Notes: generated by a model from the sequence alone, not told the origin. DNA of 64,000 nucleotides from an uncultured virus (IMG/VR IMGVR_UViG_3300027719_000270) (IMGVR_UViG_3300027719_000270); one strand, 5' to 3'. Positions 19,145 through 28,851 are shown, counted from the first letter of the stretch. Translations and numbers: made by a program.

Positions 19145-20929
19145 ATGTCTACCTACAACGCAAGACTTTATTACAATGGGACGGCAAGCGGCAATATAGT
19201 CGTCGACTATGTGCGCATTGAGTCTGCGCCCAAGCAGATTTTGCACATTAACAATACCGCAGACGCCACGGTTAATTTCACGCTGCGCCACACAAACCAC
19301 ACCAACCTTGCGCTCTTTACCGTGGCTTACACAAGCCTGACGGAGTTTGTAAATTTACAAGACAAGCCCGTGATGCGCTTTGAGCTCTATCCCAACAAAA
19401 ATAGGGTTGCGGGCGAGCTTGTATGGGCAAAAGACATTTATTTAAGCGACATCACGTTTAGCGCCGCAAACAACAAGAATATCGAAAAGTTTGCGGTCAA
19501 CATTCCATCGGGGGCGGTGGCGGCTGACAATTATTTTGTGCAGGTAAAATATAGGCAGATCACCTCAAAAACCGTCGGCACCCCCACTTGGGACTTGACC
19601 GCCTCCCCTTTAAAAACGGGCGAACTTTTAGTGTCTGACTTTGAATATGTCTACGTTGATGAAGGCGCAAGCTCAACGCTTTATGAGGCCAAGTTGGTTT
19701 TCGATTCCTCCGGAACGAGAAATTGGCAGACGTCCCCCTCGGCAGGCGCTTATGCCGTTAATTCAGCGATACGTTTAAAAAACGGATACACGCCGCTTGA
19801 CGTAGACGTGTCAAAGGGCGCACGCGTAAAATTTACGATGCGCTCAACAAGAGAGGCGTATTTCTATGCCTTTACGGGGAACAAGTATGCGTCTGAATTT
19901 ATTTACATACACCGCACGGAAGATGATTCGACCACGGGCGGGGCGTTTCAATTTTTGATTTTTGAAACGCAAGGGCGCACCACGGATACCCACAAGTTTA
20001 TAAAGGCCGTAGCCCCCGTAGATATAGCATATAAAGACGAAGACGAAAAAACAGGGCTGCTTGACAGCTTTACGATAGACTTACCTACTACTGTCCTCGA
20101 AGCGGGTAAGACATATTGGGTTCAGTTGCGCCTTGCCAATACGTCCAATATGCCCGTAGACAGATTTTCTAACGGCGTTTATGAGTATAAGTACGCCCGC
20201 GATATGGGCTACTTTACAACCTCGGTAACCGAAGTCATAGATGAGACCGAAGACGATGTCGAAGAGCCCGGAGAGGATACCTCCGTTCCTCTCTCCGATG
20301 TCTTGGGCGCGGTCAGCACGGTGCGCTTGGAATGCGACTCAAAGAAGCCGAGCATTTACGCCATAGATAAAAACACGCAAAGCGTTGCGGAGATTTTTAG
20401 GGGCGATGTTGCGGTGTTTGAATTGGGGCTCTTTATCAACGGCGCTCTTCCCGACGTCAACTTGCTAAGCAGGTTGAAGCTCATATTTAAAGCCGCCGAT
20501 GGCGAACTTTACCCCGCCTCGGATGGCGAGCTCATAATGTCGCACGAAGCCTCAAAGCGCAAGACCGCAACAATTCAGCTCAACCAAACATTGACCCTTG
20601 AAGAGTGGGCGGCGGGTGCCTCGACCCATGCGAGCTTCCCGATTCTTACGGGGGCGCTCCCTGCGGGCGATGTTTGGCTTATTGTCAAGGGCGTTCTTAA
20701 TAACGGCGTAGAGATAACTTTTATGAGCTCAAGGCTGCGCGTCATTGAAAGCGGAATCACAAACGCAATAAGCATACCGACCGCAAGCCCCTTTGGATCA
20801 ATCATACAAATCGGTTCCGACTGGTATGCAAAAGACAAGGACACAGGGCTTTACCACATGCTTGAGCTACGCACCATAGGCGGGGTTCCGCGCTTCTATC
20901 CGCTGCAGGAGGGCATAAGCTTGTCATGA
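19145..20929 (+). CDS. Putative baseplate/receptor-binding protein with two N-terminal repeats and a C-terminal domain
   Basis: Beta-rich; internal duplication; acidic linker 'DETEDDVEEPGED'. Confidence 0.5.
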   Translation: MSTYNARLYYNGTASGNIVVDYVRIESAPKQILHINNTADATVNFTLRHTNHTNLALFTVAYTSLTEFVNLQDKPVMRFELYPNKNRVAGELVWAKDIYLSDITFSAANNKNIEKFAVNIPSGAVAADNYFVQVKYRQITSKTVGTPTWDLTASPLKTGELLVSDFEYVYVDEGASSTLYEAKLVFDSSGTRNWQTSPSAGAYAVNSAIRLKNGYTPLDVDVSKGARVKFTMRSTREAYFYAFTGNKYASEFIYIHRTEDDSTTGGAFQFLIFETQGRTTDTHKFIKAVAPVDIAYKDEDEKTGLLDSFTIDLPTTVLEAGKTYWVQLRLANTSNMPVDRFSNGVYEYKYARDMGYFTTSVTEVIDETEDDVEEPGEDTSVPLSDVLGAVSTVRLECDSKKPSIYAIDKNTQSVAEIFRGDVAVFELGLFINGALPDVNLLSRLKLIFKAADGELYPASDGELIMSHEASKRKTATIQLNQTLTLEEWAAGASTHASFPILTGALPAGDVWLIVKGVLNNGVEITFMSSRLRVIESGITNAISIPTASPFGSIIQIGSDWYAKDKDTGLYHMLELRTIGGVPRFYPLQEGISLS

Positions 20930-21471
20930 GCACGCTCGGCACATATTGGACAGAGGCGGTTTATAACCGCACGCGTCCGCACCTCTTAAGCGCGCGCACG
21001 GGGCGTCCCATTGAGCTTGTGGCGGGCAACAAGTACGCCTTAAGGGTTGCCTACTTTGATGAGCGCAGAAGCCTTGTGCCCGCGCAGTTCATAAAGAAGG
21101 CCTTTTTAAACGTCGGAGCGCTCGCGCTTGAAAGCGATATTACGCAAGACTTCAACTTTGGTAAGTGGGACGCCTTTGCGGATTCTCACGCAAGCTTTGA
21201 AGTTGATACGGAGGTTTTTGGTGCGGGGGTATTTTCTTTTGCGTTTTCTGCAAGCTTGCAGTTTGCGGGAGAGGCCGCGCCGCGCACATACGCCTTTTCC
21301 TCCGGCAACGTAAAAATTTCCGCTTTAAGCGGCTCTGTCATTCAGGCGCGCGGCGGCTCCGTTTATGCAGACAAACTCATGCTTAAAAGCGAAGAGGGCA
21401 GGTATCATCAAGTTTCAATTAAAGACATAAAAAACATTCCAACCCTTTATCCCAAGGAAACACCGCAATGA
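20926..21471 (+). CDS. Paralog of the C-terminal domain of 19145-20929
   Basis: Shared 'W.A....HASF' and 'G.YH......I...P..YP' motifs. Confidence 0.55.
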   Translation: MSTLGTYWTEAVYNRTRPHLLSARTGRPIELVAGNKYALRVAYFDERRSLVPAQFIKKAFLNVGALALESDITQDFNFGKWDAFADSHASFEVDTEVFGAGVFSFAFSASLQFAGEAAPRTYAFSSGNVKISALSGSVIQARGGSVYADKLMLKSEEGRYHQVSIKDIKNIPTLYPKETPQ

Positions 21472-22085
21472 AAACCTTAACCGCAATTATCGTTGTATTT
21501 TGCGCGCTCAACACGCTTTGCGCAAAGCAATATTACCCGCTCATGGTTGACGAAGACGGCAAGTTGCCCAACGGCTCAAGCGTAGGCGGAGGCGCAGTCA
21601 TTAAAGACGCGCAGCTTATAATCGACTTGAGCGACGCTGAAAAAATTTGGACAGATTTTGAAGTTAAGGTTATGAGCCGCACTCATCAAGTTTGCGTCTA
21701 CTTTTTTTCAACACATAGGGCGGGGCTCGCCAGTTTCGCGGCCTCCCACCCAGGCATTACTGACAACAATGCCAAGGTATATTTTAACTATTCAAGCGGC
21801 AGCGAGGATGGGCGCAACATGAACGAATACCCGTATAAGACGGCGGGAGAGTCCATAACCTGCCTCGGCGTTTATTTTAATTCTTGGTTTGGGGAAAGCT
21901 CCCACATTCAGCTTTGCGGGATAATCTTTAAGCCCGACTTTACCCAAGCTTGGGTGCGCGCGGCATTTTTAGACCCCGACAACTATGTCATTGTCTGGCG
22001 CTCAAACCCCGTCGAAGCCGAGGTCGACTACTACGGCGGCAAAATTTGGAGACCCGTTCCTCTAACCCTTATCTACGAACAATAA
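21468..22085 (+). CDS. Exported hypothetical protein (Sec signal peptide)
   Basis: 'MKTLTAIIVVFCALNTLCA' signal-like N-terminus. Confidence 0.6.
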   Translation: MKTLTAIIVVFCALNTLCAKQYYPLMVDEDGKLPNGSSVGGGAVIKDAQLIIDLSDAEKIWTDFEVKVMSRTHQVCVYFFSTHRAGLASFAASHPGITDNNAKVYFNYSSGSEDGRNMNEYPYKTAGESITCLGVYFNSWFGESSHIQLCGIIFKPDFTQAWVRAAFLDPDNYVIVWRSNPVEAEVDYYGGKIWRPVPLTLIYEQ

Positions 22086-22552
22086 TGAAAATACTTACAC
22101 TTATAGCTTTAACCCTGCTCGGCGGGTGCGTAGCTTGCCCCGCGCAAGGCCGTTATGAAACATCGCGCCGCGCGCTTGAACTTGAGCTTTCAGACGTTAA
22201 GCGCGTCAATTATGAACGCGCTGTCGTCATAGAAATTGTAGCCCCAGAGGCTACGCGCAAACCGCGCATAGAGCAATGCTTTGTGCTTACATCCCCGCGC
22301 ATCAATGAAGTTTTATCCGCTATGGGCGATAGGCCAAGTCTAACGCGGGGCGAACGGGTTCAGCTGTTTTGGCAGGAGCTTTATTACGAACACCCCACCG
22401 TGCCGCTAGCCATAAGCAAAGTTTATGCGGCCACTTACTCTTACTTTCTTTTGAGGCAGACTGAAGACGCGGACATCGACACCGAGACCGTAAAAAAGAA
22501 CTACCTCAAAATTAACTCACTTTTTAACCAATATCAAAAACCCAAAAAATAG
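22085..22552 (+). CDS. Exported or lipoprotein hypothetical protein
   Basis: 'MKILTLIALTLLGGC' lipobox-like; TAATG overlap. Confidence 0.6.
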   Translation: MKILTLIALTLLGGCVACPAQGRYETSRRALELELSDVKRVNYERAVVIEIVAPEATRKPRIEQCFVLTSPRINEVLSAMGDRPSLTRGERVQLFWQELYYEHPTVPLAISKVYAATYSYFLLRQTEDADIDTETVKKNYLKINSLFNQYQKPKK

Positions 22553-22561
22553 GACATAAAC

Positions 22562-23332
22562 ATGTATAAAAAAATCATAGCTATCACCTTGGCGCTCTTT
22601 GCGGGGCTTTCCTGCTACGCAAAAACTGCCGCCGAAATCACGGCAGAAATCAAAGCCGTTTCAACCGCAAATCCGAGCGCCCCGCGCGAAGCTTTCACAG
22701 CGGTAATAGACGCTAACGCCGCCGACGTTAAGACCATACTTGACGCGCAAAAAAGCAACCCCGCATTTATTGCGCAAGCCCTGCCCAAGGCCGCAAAGCC
22801 CGCTATAACAGAAGCTCAGGCCGCAGCCTATGCCGCAACCCAAGCGATATTTCAGCGCGCCGCATTCTGCCGCCCCGACTTGCTTGAAGGGTGGAGCGAC
22901 CTTGCGCTTATCGCCACGCTCAACGGCGAATATTGGAAGCGCAAGGAGATAGAAGACCCTACGGCATACTCAAGCTTCAAGAGCGGCGGCTTTAAAATCG
23001 ACGGGCAAGAAGTTTCGGATAAACTTAAATTTTTGTCCGCGCAATACGCGAAGGATTCCGAATATCTTTGGAATTGCGCAATCGGCAATGTTCTTGCCGA
23101 GGCCGGCGGCGCATCCGCATTAGGCCTATATGTGGACTTTCTGAACAGCCAAGGCGAAACCCGCGAACCCGCCGCAATAAAGGACAAGCTCGCCACCTGC
23201 GAAATACTATTTGCGAAGTATTACCTAAGCGCGGTCGACACCAATACGCAGCTTCAAAAACTTCAAACCAAAATCGAAAGACTCTCGCAGCTTTACCTCA
23301 ACCTTGCCGTAGAAAAGGGCAAATACAAGTAA
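22562..23332 (+). CDS. Exported helical hypothetical protein
   Basis: 'MYKKIIAITLALFAGLSCYA' signal peptide. Confidence 0.6.
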   Translation: MYKKIIAITLALFAGLSCYAKTAAEITAEIKAVSTANPSAPREAFTAVIDANAADVKTILDAQKSNPAFIAQALPKAAKPAITEAQAAAYAATQAIFQRAAFCRPDLLEGWSDLALIATLNGEYWKRKEIEDPTAYSSFKSGGFKIDGQEVSDKLKFLSAQYAKDSEYLWNCAIGNVLAEAGGASALGLYVDFLNSQGETREPAAIKDKLATCEILFAKYYLSAVDTNTQLQKLQTKIERLSQLYLNLAVEKGKYK

Positions 23333-23342
23333 GGATTACACT

Positions 23343-23798
23343 ATGAAAATAATGGCATACATATTCACTGCGGCTTTTGCCGCGCTCATGTTGGCGGGGT
23401 GCAATACCACCACCATAACCGAGACCAGCTACGCCGCAGACGGCGTAACCGTTACATCTGTCAAGGAAACGAAGACATCCGAAAGCGCCATAGTTGTTTT
23501 GGCCAAAGAGGCAACCAAAACCAACCTTGCCATTAAACAGGGCGGGTGGTTTGCGAATGTCGGCGTCAACGCGTCCACAAACTCATACGGACTCAACGGC
23601 GGCTCAATAGACAATTCCGCAATCCTCACGCAGGACAGCCAATACGGTAACGGTTTTGTGGCGGCGCTCCCTGCCTCGTGGGAGGCTCAAAAGTATAGTA
23701 TTGAAGTCACCAAGGACGGCATAATTGCCGAGGGCAACAACAATGAAACCACATCAAACAGCGGCAGTACTGCAACGTCTGCGACGGAGGAAAAATAA
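23343..23798 (+). CDS. Lipoprotein
   Basis: Lipobox 'LMLAGC'. Confidence 0.7.
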   Translation: MKIMAYIFTAAFAALMLAGCNTTTITETSYAADGVTVTSVKETKTSESAIVVLAKEATKTNLAIKQGGWFANVGVNASTNSYGLNGGSIDNSAILTQDSQYGNGFVAALPASWEAQKYSIEVTKDGIIAEGNNNETTSNSGSTATSATEEK

Positions 23799-23799
23799 C

Positions 23800-23991
23800 A
23801 TGTCCGAGCCGGCAAACAATCAAACCGCCGTCAATGACGGCAAGAAGAAGATGGGCGCTTATCTCACGTCTAAGGGTGCAATCATTGGGGCGGGCATAGG
23901 CACCGTTCTTGTTGCGCTCGGTGGAGTTCTTGAAGAGAACACATCTTGGGTGGGTGCGATACTGGAAGTTATCAAGAGCTTCCTATTTTAA
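23800..23991 (+). CDS. Small membrane protein (holin-like)
   Basis: 63 aa, one or two hydrophobic helices. Confidence 0.4.
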   Translation: MSEPANNQTAVNDGKKKMGAYLTSKGAIIGAGIGTVLVALGGVLEENTSWVGAILEVIKSFLF

Positions 23992-24049
23992 CAACCTTAA
24001 GCCTCCGCGTCTTAGGGCGCGGGGGCAAAACAAACCGAAAGCATCACAC

Positions 24050-24331
24050 ATGATACGGACAACGGGCAACTCTTTATCCCTCTTTGCGGCGAGCATCGCA
24101 ACCATCACAACTGAAGACCTTCGGCTGTGGTTTATCGCCTTGGCGGGCTTAGCCATTACGCTTTGGGGCAATTGGCATAAGCGTTACAAGGACAGCCTTG
24201 AGGCGCAAAGAGCGCGTCAAGAGCTTTGCAATCTTTGTCTGAAAAGCGGAGTAAAGCCGCGCACTTGCGCCGCAAAGGAAGAGCATCGCCCCGGGGGTTG
24301 CCCCCTCACAAATAAAAAACACGGAGAATAA
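24050..24331 (+). CDS. Holin-like membrane protein
   Basis: TM 'LWFIALAGLAITLWGNW' then basic, Cys-containing tail. Confidence 0.45.
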   Translation: MIRTTGNSLSLFAASIATITTEDLRLWFIALAGLAITLWGNWHKRYKDSLEAQRARQELCNLCLKSGVKPRTCAAKEEHRPGGCPLTNKKHGE

Positions 24332-24336
24332 AAAAC

Positions 24337-24693
24337 ATGGAAGAATCATTAGGGACACTACTCGGCTGGGAAATTGTAAAATTATCCGACGGCCGCGAAA
24401 TACAGGTAAAACAGCTGCCCGTCCGCAAGTTTCCTGACTTGCTTCTTGCGCTCGATAACGAGCCGCAGATGGTGGAGCTTTGCACAGGGCTCAAGCCCGA
24501 AGAAATGGACGCGCTTCTGATAGAAGATTTTGAGCTGCTCTTTGCGAAAGGGGGAGAGTTGAACTTGCCCCCTTTTTCCAGATGGCTCAAACGGCGCAAG
24601 GAGGCCGCGCAGAAACTCCAGAGTCTATACGCAGAAAGCTCAGAGAGCGCGCAAACGGTGCAGACCCTTGGCGCGAATGGTGCGAGCACATAG
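24337..24693 (+). CDS. Tail assembly chaperone
   Basis: 118 aa, upstream of the tape measure gene, with an overlapping -1-frame ORF. Confidence 0.65.
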   Translation: MEESLGTLLGWEIVKLSDGREIQVKQLPVRKFPDLLLALDNEPQMVELCTGLKPEEMDALLIEDFELLFAKGGELNLPPFSRWLKRRKEAAQKLQSLYAESSESAQTVQTLGANGAST

Positions 24694-24869
24694 CACTGCT
24701 ATGCGTTATGAGCGGGCTTGATTGGGATACGCTTCTTGATTACAGCCCAGCGCGTCTCAAATACATCTCGGACGCAATAGGGGTAATGCGCACAGTCAAC
24801 CGCATAGACGCTTTCAGGGCGCACGCCGCAACATTGGACAGTAAAATCGCGGAGGGATTGGCAAGGTGA
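24582..24869 (+). CDS. Frameshifted C-terminal extension of the tail assembly chaperone (GT/E'-like)
   Basis: -1 frame relative to 24337; 'WCEHIALL...GLDWDTLLDYSPARLK' resembles chaperone extensions. Confidence 0.55.
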   Translation: MAQTAQGGRAETPESIRRKLRERANGADPWREWCEHIALLCVMSGLDWDTLLDYSPARLKYISDAIGVMRTVNRIDAFRAHAATLDSKIAEGLAR

Positions 24870-24877
24870 ACGGCAAA

Positions 24878-25069
24878 TTAAAATCTGCGCCTTGGAGCGA
24901 TAATGCGTCCGATATTCCAGTTTTTTTTATTTTTTGGAAATATATACTCCATTAAAAAAGCCCAAATAACAAAAGAAGGCCCCAAGAAAAACACAACGAA
25001 AAGGAATAGGCCTAATAAAACGAAAAAGACCTCTGAAAAAACATTCCATAATGTGCCTAGTATTTCCAT
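24878..25069 (-). CDS. Small AT-rich membrane protein (moron-like)
   Basis: Only antisense gene in the late operon; Phe/Leu-rich TM. Confidence 0.5.
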   Translation of the reverse strand: MEILGTLWNVFSEVFFVLLGLFLFVVFFLGPSFVIWAFLMEYIFPKNKKNWNIGRIIAPRRRF

Positions 25070-25119
25070 TTCTGATTTAAGTTTTTAAACATAAATAAAA
25101 AAGTCAACGCAAAACGACC

Positions 25120-27741
25120 ATGACAAATGACATATATGAAATACTGTTAAAAATAGAAGCCGATGTTGCAGATTTAAAAGAAGCCCAAGAAGAATTACAT
25201 AATTTGCAGGAGGAGCTAGCCAACACTAGAGAGCAACTTGAGGCAGGCTTCAATCTTAATATAGGCGCTAAAATAAGCGACTTTGTCCTATCCTTTCCCG
25301 ATAAAATGATGGGGACGATAAGGGCGTTCGGCGTCCAAGAGCAAGCCGTTGCAAAACTTAATGTAGCCTTACAGCGTTATAGCAATATTTCGGGGGACAT
25401 GCTCCCCGCCTTGACGGAGTTTGCGTCAAGGATGCAAAAGATTACGATTTACGGCGATGAGCAGATAATATCCATGCAAGCCTTTGCCGCCTCAATGGGC
25501 GTCGGGGCCGGGCAGATGGAACACGTAATAACAAATGCAATAGGCCTCTCAAGCGCGCTTGGCATGGATGTTAATACTGCGGTCAAGGCAGCGTCTGCCG
25601 CATTTCAGGGGAACGTAAAAATGTTGACAGAATACATCCCCACGCTCCGCCAATGTAAAACGGAGGCCGAAAAGCTTGCGAGGGTTCAGGAGCTCGCCGC
25701 TAATGGCTTTAAGCAGGCTCGCGAAGAGGCGCGCGGCTCCCTTGGCAATCTGCAACAGCTTTCCAACGCATGGGGGGATGTTTCAGAAGTTCTCGGAGAG
25801 GGCTTTGCGCCCATAGTAAAAAGTGTTTCGGAGGCGTTAAGGGTTATGGCGGAATTTCTTTCCGAAAATAAAGAAATGACTATAATTTTAAGCCGCGCCC
25901 TCATAAGCCTTGCGATAGCATTTACCTTTCAGAAAATTGGCGGGCTCGAAAAAGTTTCTGCACTTTTTAAACTTGTGAAATTGTCAATGTCGGGGAGCGC
26001 CGCTGCCGCAACAGCTGCCGCTGCGTCAACCGAGGCGGTGGGCACCGCTGCGGCGGTTGCGACTCCCGTTGTAAGCGGTTTGGGGATTGCGCTTAAGAGC
26101 GCCTTTATAACATCGGGAATCGGACTTATTGTTTTAGGGCTGACTTACGCGTTTGAAGCATGGGCAAACAGCGCGCAGGCCGCAAAAGAAAAGCTTGATG
26201 AGCTTCAAGCAAGCGTTGACGGGCTTGCTCAATCCAACGCCGCACAAGCCGCCGCCGATATGCAACTTTTAGGGCAAACGGGCGCAACGTGGCAAGAAAT
26301 TTACGCGATACAGATCGAAACAAGCGCAAGGATTACAGACGCATACAAACGCCTAAAGGAAGCCCAGGGGCAGGGGTTGAATGATTCTGCAATATTCAAG
26401 GAGATTAAGGCTTATGAAGAATTGCAGCGCATTTTGATGAAAAACTACGACAATTATCAAGCCCTTAAGCGGATTCGCGAAGAAGACAATACAAATTCAG
26501 CCAATCTGAAATTTGAGGAAGCCCGCAAAAAACACATACTTGAAAGCGGAAGCGCGGAAGAAAAACTTAGGGTAATAATGGGCGATTATTCAAAGCAGTT
26601 TGAAAAAGTTTCGCGTCTACAAAAAGAGTTTAATGAATCAAAGGGCGAGGTAAGACTTGAAGTTGCAAATGAGCTCGCTATCGAGGGCGAAAAACTCGAT
26701 AAGTTGTCGGCGCAAAAAAAGACTCTTGCGGATTCTATAAAATCTCAGCGCGAAAAGACCGCAGAATCGGTAAGGAATTACAATATCGAGTTGGCTATCT
26801 TGCGCGCGCGTATCAGCGGGGATAAAGAGGGTATTAAGAGCGCGGAAAATCAAAAAAAGATTGCGCAATATGCGAAAGATTATCTTGAAACTTTCAAGAC
26901 TGAAAAGATGACAAAAGAGCAGTTGCGCGCCCTTGAGGATACCGCCCTTAAAACAGCGCGAGATCGCGTGAAGCTTGAGGATGAAGCCTTGCGTATAGAA
27001 AAAGAGCGTGAGCAACTTAAGAACAGGGAGTCCACAATTGAGGATTACATCTACCGCTTAAAAATCGCACAGGCGAAGGCCGCCGGTAATATGCTGCTTG
27101 TGGAGCAGCTCGAAGCCGCCAAGCAGCAGGCGCAAGACCTGAAAAAACTCATTGAGGAAGGCTTTGACCCTAAGTATGCCGCCCAGATGATTAAAAGCGT
27201 CTCAGACGCCGAAAAACGTGCCTCAAAGACCGAGGATGGCGGCGGGGTAGGTAGCGCCCCCAAAGGGGGTTCAAGTCCATCCCAGAGGCGCAAGGGCGAT
27301 AACAGCCCCCTATTTGCCGAGAAGCAATCGGCAATATCTTCAATGGGCGCAGACGCGGGGGCAACGCGCCGCCCGCGCGCAACGGTTTCAGCGCGCGCCC
27401 TTGAAATGTTCGGCGAAAAGGGCAAGCCCGCAAGCTTGAGTTGGGACGATGTCAAAAAGGGTAAGGGTGTTCCGCAACCGCCCTCGGCAAACAAGATAAT
27501 GGGCTCAATTTCTGCGCAAGCGGCCAAGGCGGCAGAAATCAGCGGCGTAAAACCCGCTGATCCAAAGGCGCAGAAAAAACAAAACCTTGGGGGCGACAAG
27601 CCCGTCGCCGAGCGTTCCGTCGAAGAGCAAAAGAAAATTTTGGAAGAGAGCAGACGGCTTACGGAAGATTCAAAAAAACTTTTGGAGAGCATAGACAGAA
27701 ACATTAAAGCTTTGGCAGAGGGTAAAAAAGATGGCAAATAA
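25120..27741 (+). CDS. Tail tape measure protein
   Basis: 873 aa, helical Ala/Glu/Lys-rich, 'LQQLSNAWGDVSEVLG', TM segments. Confidence 0.85.
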   Translation: MTNDIYEILLKIEADVADLKEAQEELHNLQEELANTREQLEAGFNLNIGAKISDFVLSFPDKMMGTIRAFGVQEQAVAKLNVALQRYSNISGDMLPALTEFASRMQKITIYGDEQIISMQAFAASMGVGAGQMEHVITNAIGLSSALGMDVNTAVKAASAAFQGNVKMLTEYIPTLRQCKTEAEKLARVQELAANGFKQAREEARGSLGNLQQLSNAWGDVSEVLGEGFAPIVKSVSEALRVMAEFLSENKEMTIILSRALISLAIAFTFQKIGGLEKVSALFKLVKLSMSGSAAAATAAAASTEAVGTAAAVATPVVSGLGIALKSAFITSGIGLIVLGLTYAFEAWANSAQAAKEKLDELQASVDGLAQSNAAQAAADMQLLGQTGATWQEIYAIQIETSARITDAYKRLKEAQGQGLNDSAIFKEIKAYEELQRILMKNYDNYQALKRIREEDNTNSANLKFEEARKKHILESGSAEEKLRVIMGDYSKQFEKVSRLQKEFNESKGEVRLEVANELAIEGEKLDKLSAQKKTLADSIKSQREKTAESVRNYNIELAILRARISGDKEGIKSAENQKKIAQYAKDYLETFKTEKMTKEQLRALEDTALKTARDRVKLEDEALRIEKEREQLKNRESTIEDYIYRLKIAQAKAAGNMLLVEQLEAAKQQAQDLKKLIEEGFDPKYAAQMIKSVSDAEKRASKTEDGGGVGSAPKGGSSPSQRRKGDNSPLFAEKQSAISSMGADAGATRRPRATVSARALEMFGEKGKPASLSWDDVKKGKGVPQPPSANKIMGSISAQAAKAAEISGVKPADPKAQKKQNLGGDKPVAERSVEEQKKILEESRRLTEDSKKLLESIDRNIKALAEGKKDGK

Positions 27742-28750
27742 AACACTTACACAACCGTGCTATGATGACCTTTACAGGCGCAATTTTTACTTTAGCCAGT
27801 ATGGCGATAGGACAAACTACTTTGTGGAGCTTGACTATTACATACACAGGGACGCCTTCATTACGCGCCTCGGGCAACAGCTGGACTTGAGGCAAAAGGC
27901 CTTTAACGGCAATTTTATATTTTCCGATGCGCTCATTTTACGCACGTTTGATTCTCTGCTTGCGGACGGTGTAAAGTTCAAACTCATATCAGAGACGGAG
28001 CAAGTCTTGCTTGAGGGCGAAGATGTGTATAAAATTACGGAGCTTTACGGCTATGCGCCCACAATGCTTGACGATGGGGGCGCGCGCGTTCCCAAAACTT
28101 ATTACGATTACGCCGCAGAGATGGTTCAGCAGTTCGGCAAGCTCGACCCAAGCGGCGCGGCCACTTGCGCAATTTCGGGCGGCTCTTATGATACCCTTGA
28201 AAATCAATTCAAAGTAATACTTACAAACGCCTCGGATGTCGGGAAATTTTCCGTTGGGGACGCAATACACCTTGACCGCCCATATCGAAGCGTAGGCAGT
28301 ATGTGGTATTATCATTTTTATAGCGCGCGCACAAATATCATCTCCATCAATCCCGCCACAAAGGAGATTGTTTTTGAGGCTACAGCGATAACCAATGCCA
28401 CGGCCCAAGACGGGGCAAACCTCAATCCGTTTATAATCGGCGGCCTCTTTGGCGTAGGCGATTGGTTCCTCATAAAGGATTACTCTCAATCCTCGGCGCG
28501 CAATGTGATACGCAATGTAACCAAGCTCATAACCTTTCATGCCGAACTGCCCGATCCCGACGCCAAAGAAACCGTATCCGATGGCACGGGCGCGGAGACG
28601 GATACCATCTCGCAATACACCACGCCGAGCATATCAACATGGAAGCAGCGTATTACCGATAGAGAGCTCTACACCTGCGCCGAGACCGAACTTGAGCGCG
28701 TCGAAACAGGCCTTTATAAGAAGACGGTGCGCAAAACAAGGTGCTTCTGA
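27731..28750 (+). CDS. Putative tail tip/distal tail protein, last prophage gene
   Basis: Follows the tape measure gene; beta-rich. Confidence 0.45.
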   Translation: MANKTLTQPCYDDLYRRNFYFSQYGDRTNYFVELDYYIHRDAFITRLGQQLDLRQKAFNGNFIFSDALILRTFDSLLADGVKFKLISETEQVLLEGEDVYKITELYGYAPTMLDDGGARVPKTYYDYAAEMVQQFGKLDPSGAATCAISGGSYDTLENQFKVILTNASDVGKFSVGDAIHLDRPYRSVGSMWYYHFYSARTNIISINPATKEIVFEATAITNATAQDGANLNPFIIGGLFGVGDWFLIKDYSQSSARNVIRNVTKLITFHAELPDPDAKETVSDGTGAETDTISQYTTPSISTWKQRITDRELYTCAETELERVETGLYKKTVRKTRCF

Positions 28751-28828
28751 TTTTGCGAATAATTTGCGACAAAAAATGTCATCATTCCTAAATTGTTTAT
28801 AAATAATATCTTATTTTTTATTAAATGA

Positions 28829-28851
28829 GGTTCGACTCCCCTCACCTCCAC
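28829..28851 (+). other. attR-like site: 3' end of tmRNA (or tRNA-Ala)
   Basis: GGTTCGACTCCCCTCACCTCCAC = T-loop plus acceptor 3' strand CACCTCC-A with U70; no 5' half present. Confidence 0.75.

Larger units (their letters stand above)
1..28851 (+). mobile_element. Integrated temperate prophage (siphovirus-like); left end lies outside the window
   Basis: Co-oriented run of replication, packaging, head, tail and tape-measure genes ending at a tRNA-like 3' fragment. Confidence 0.93.

Noticed and set aside
19145..28750. Diversity-generating retroelement or invertible tail-fibre cassette
   Set aside because: No reverse transcriptase, invertase or adenine-variant TR/VR pair seen.
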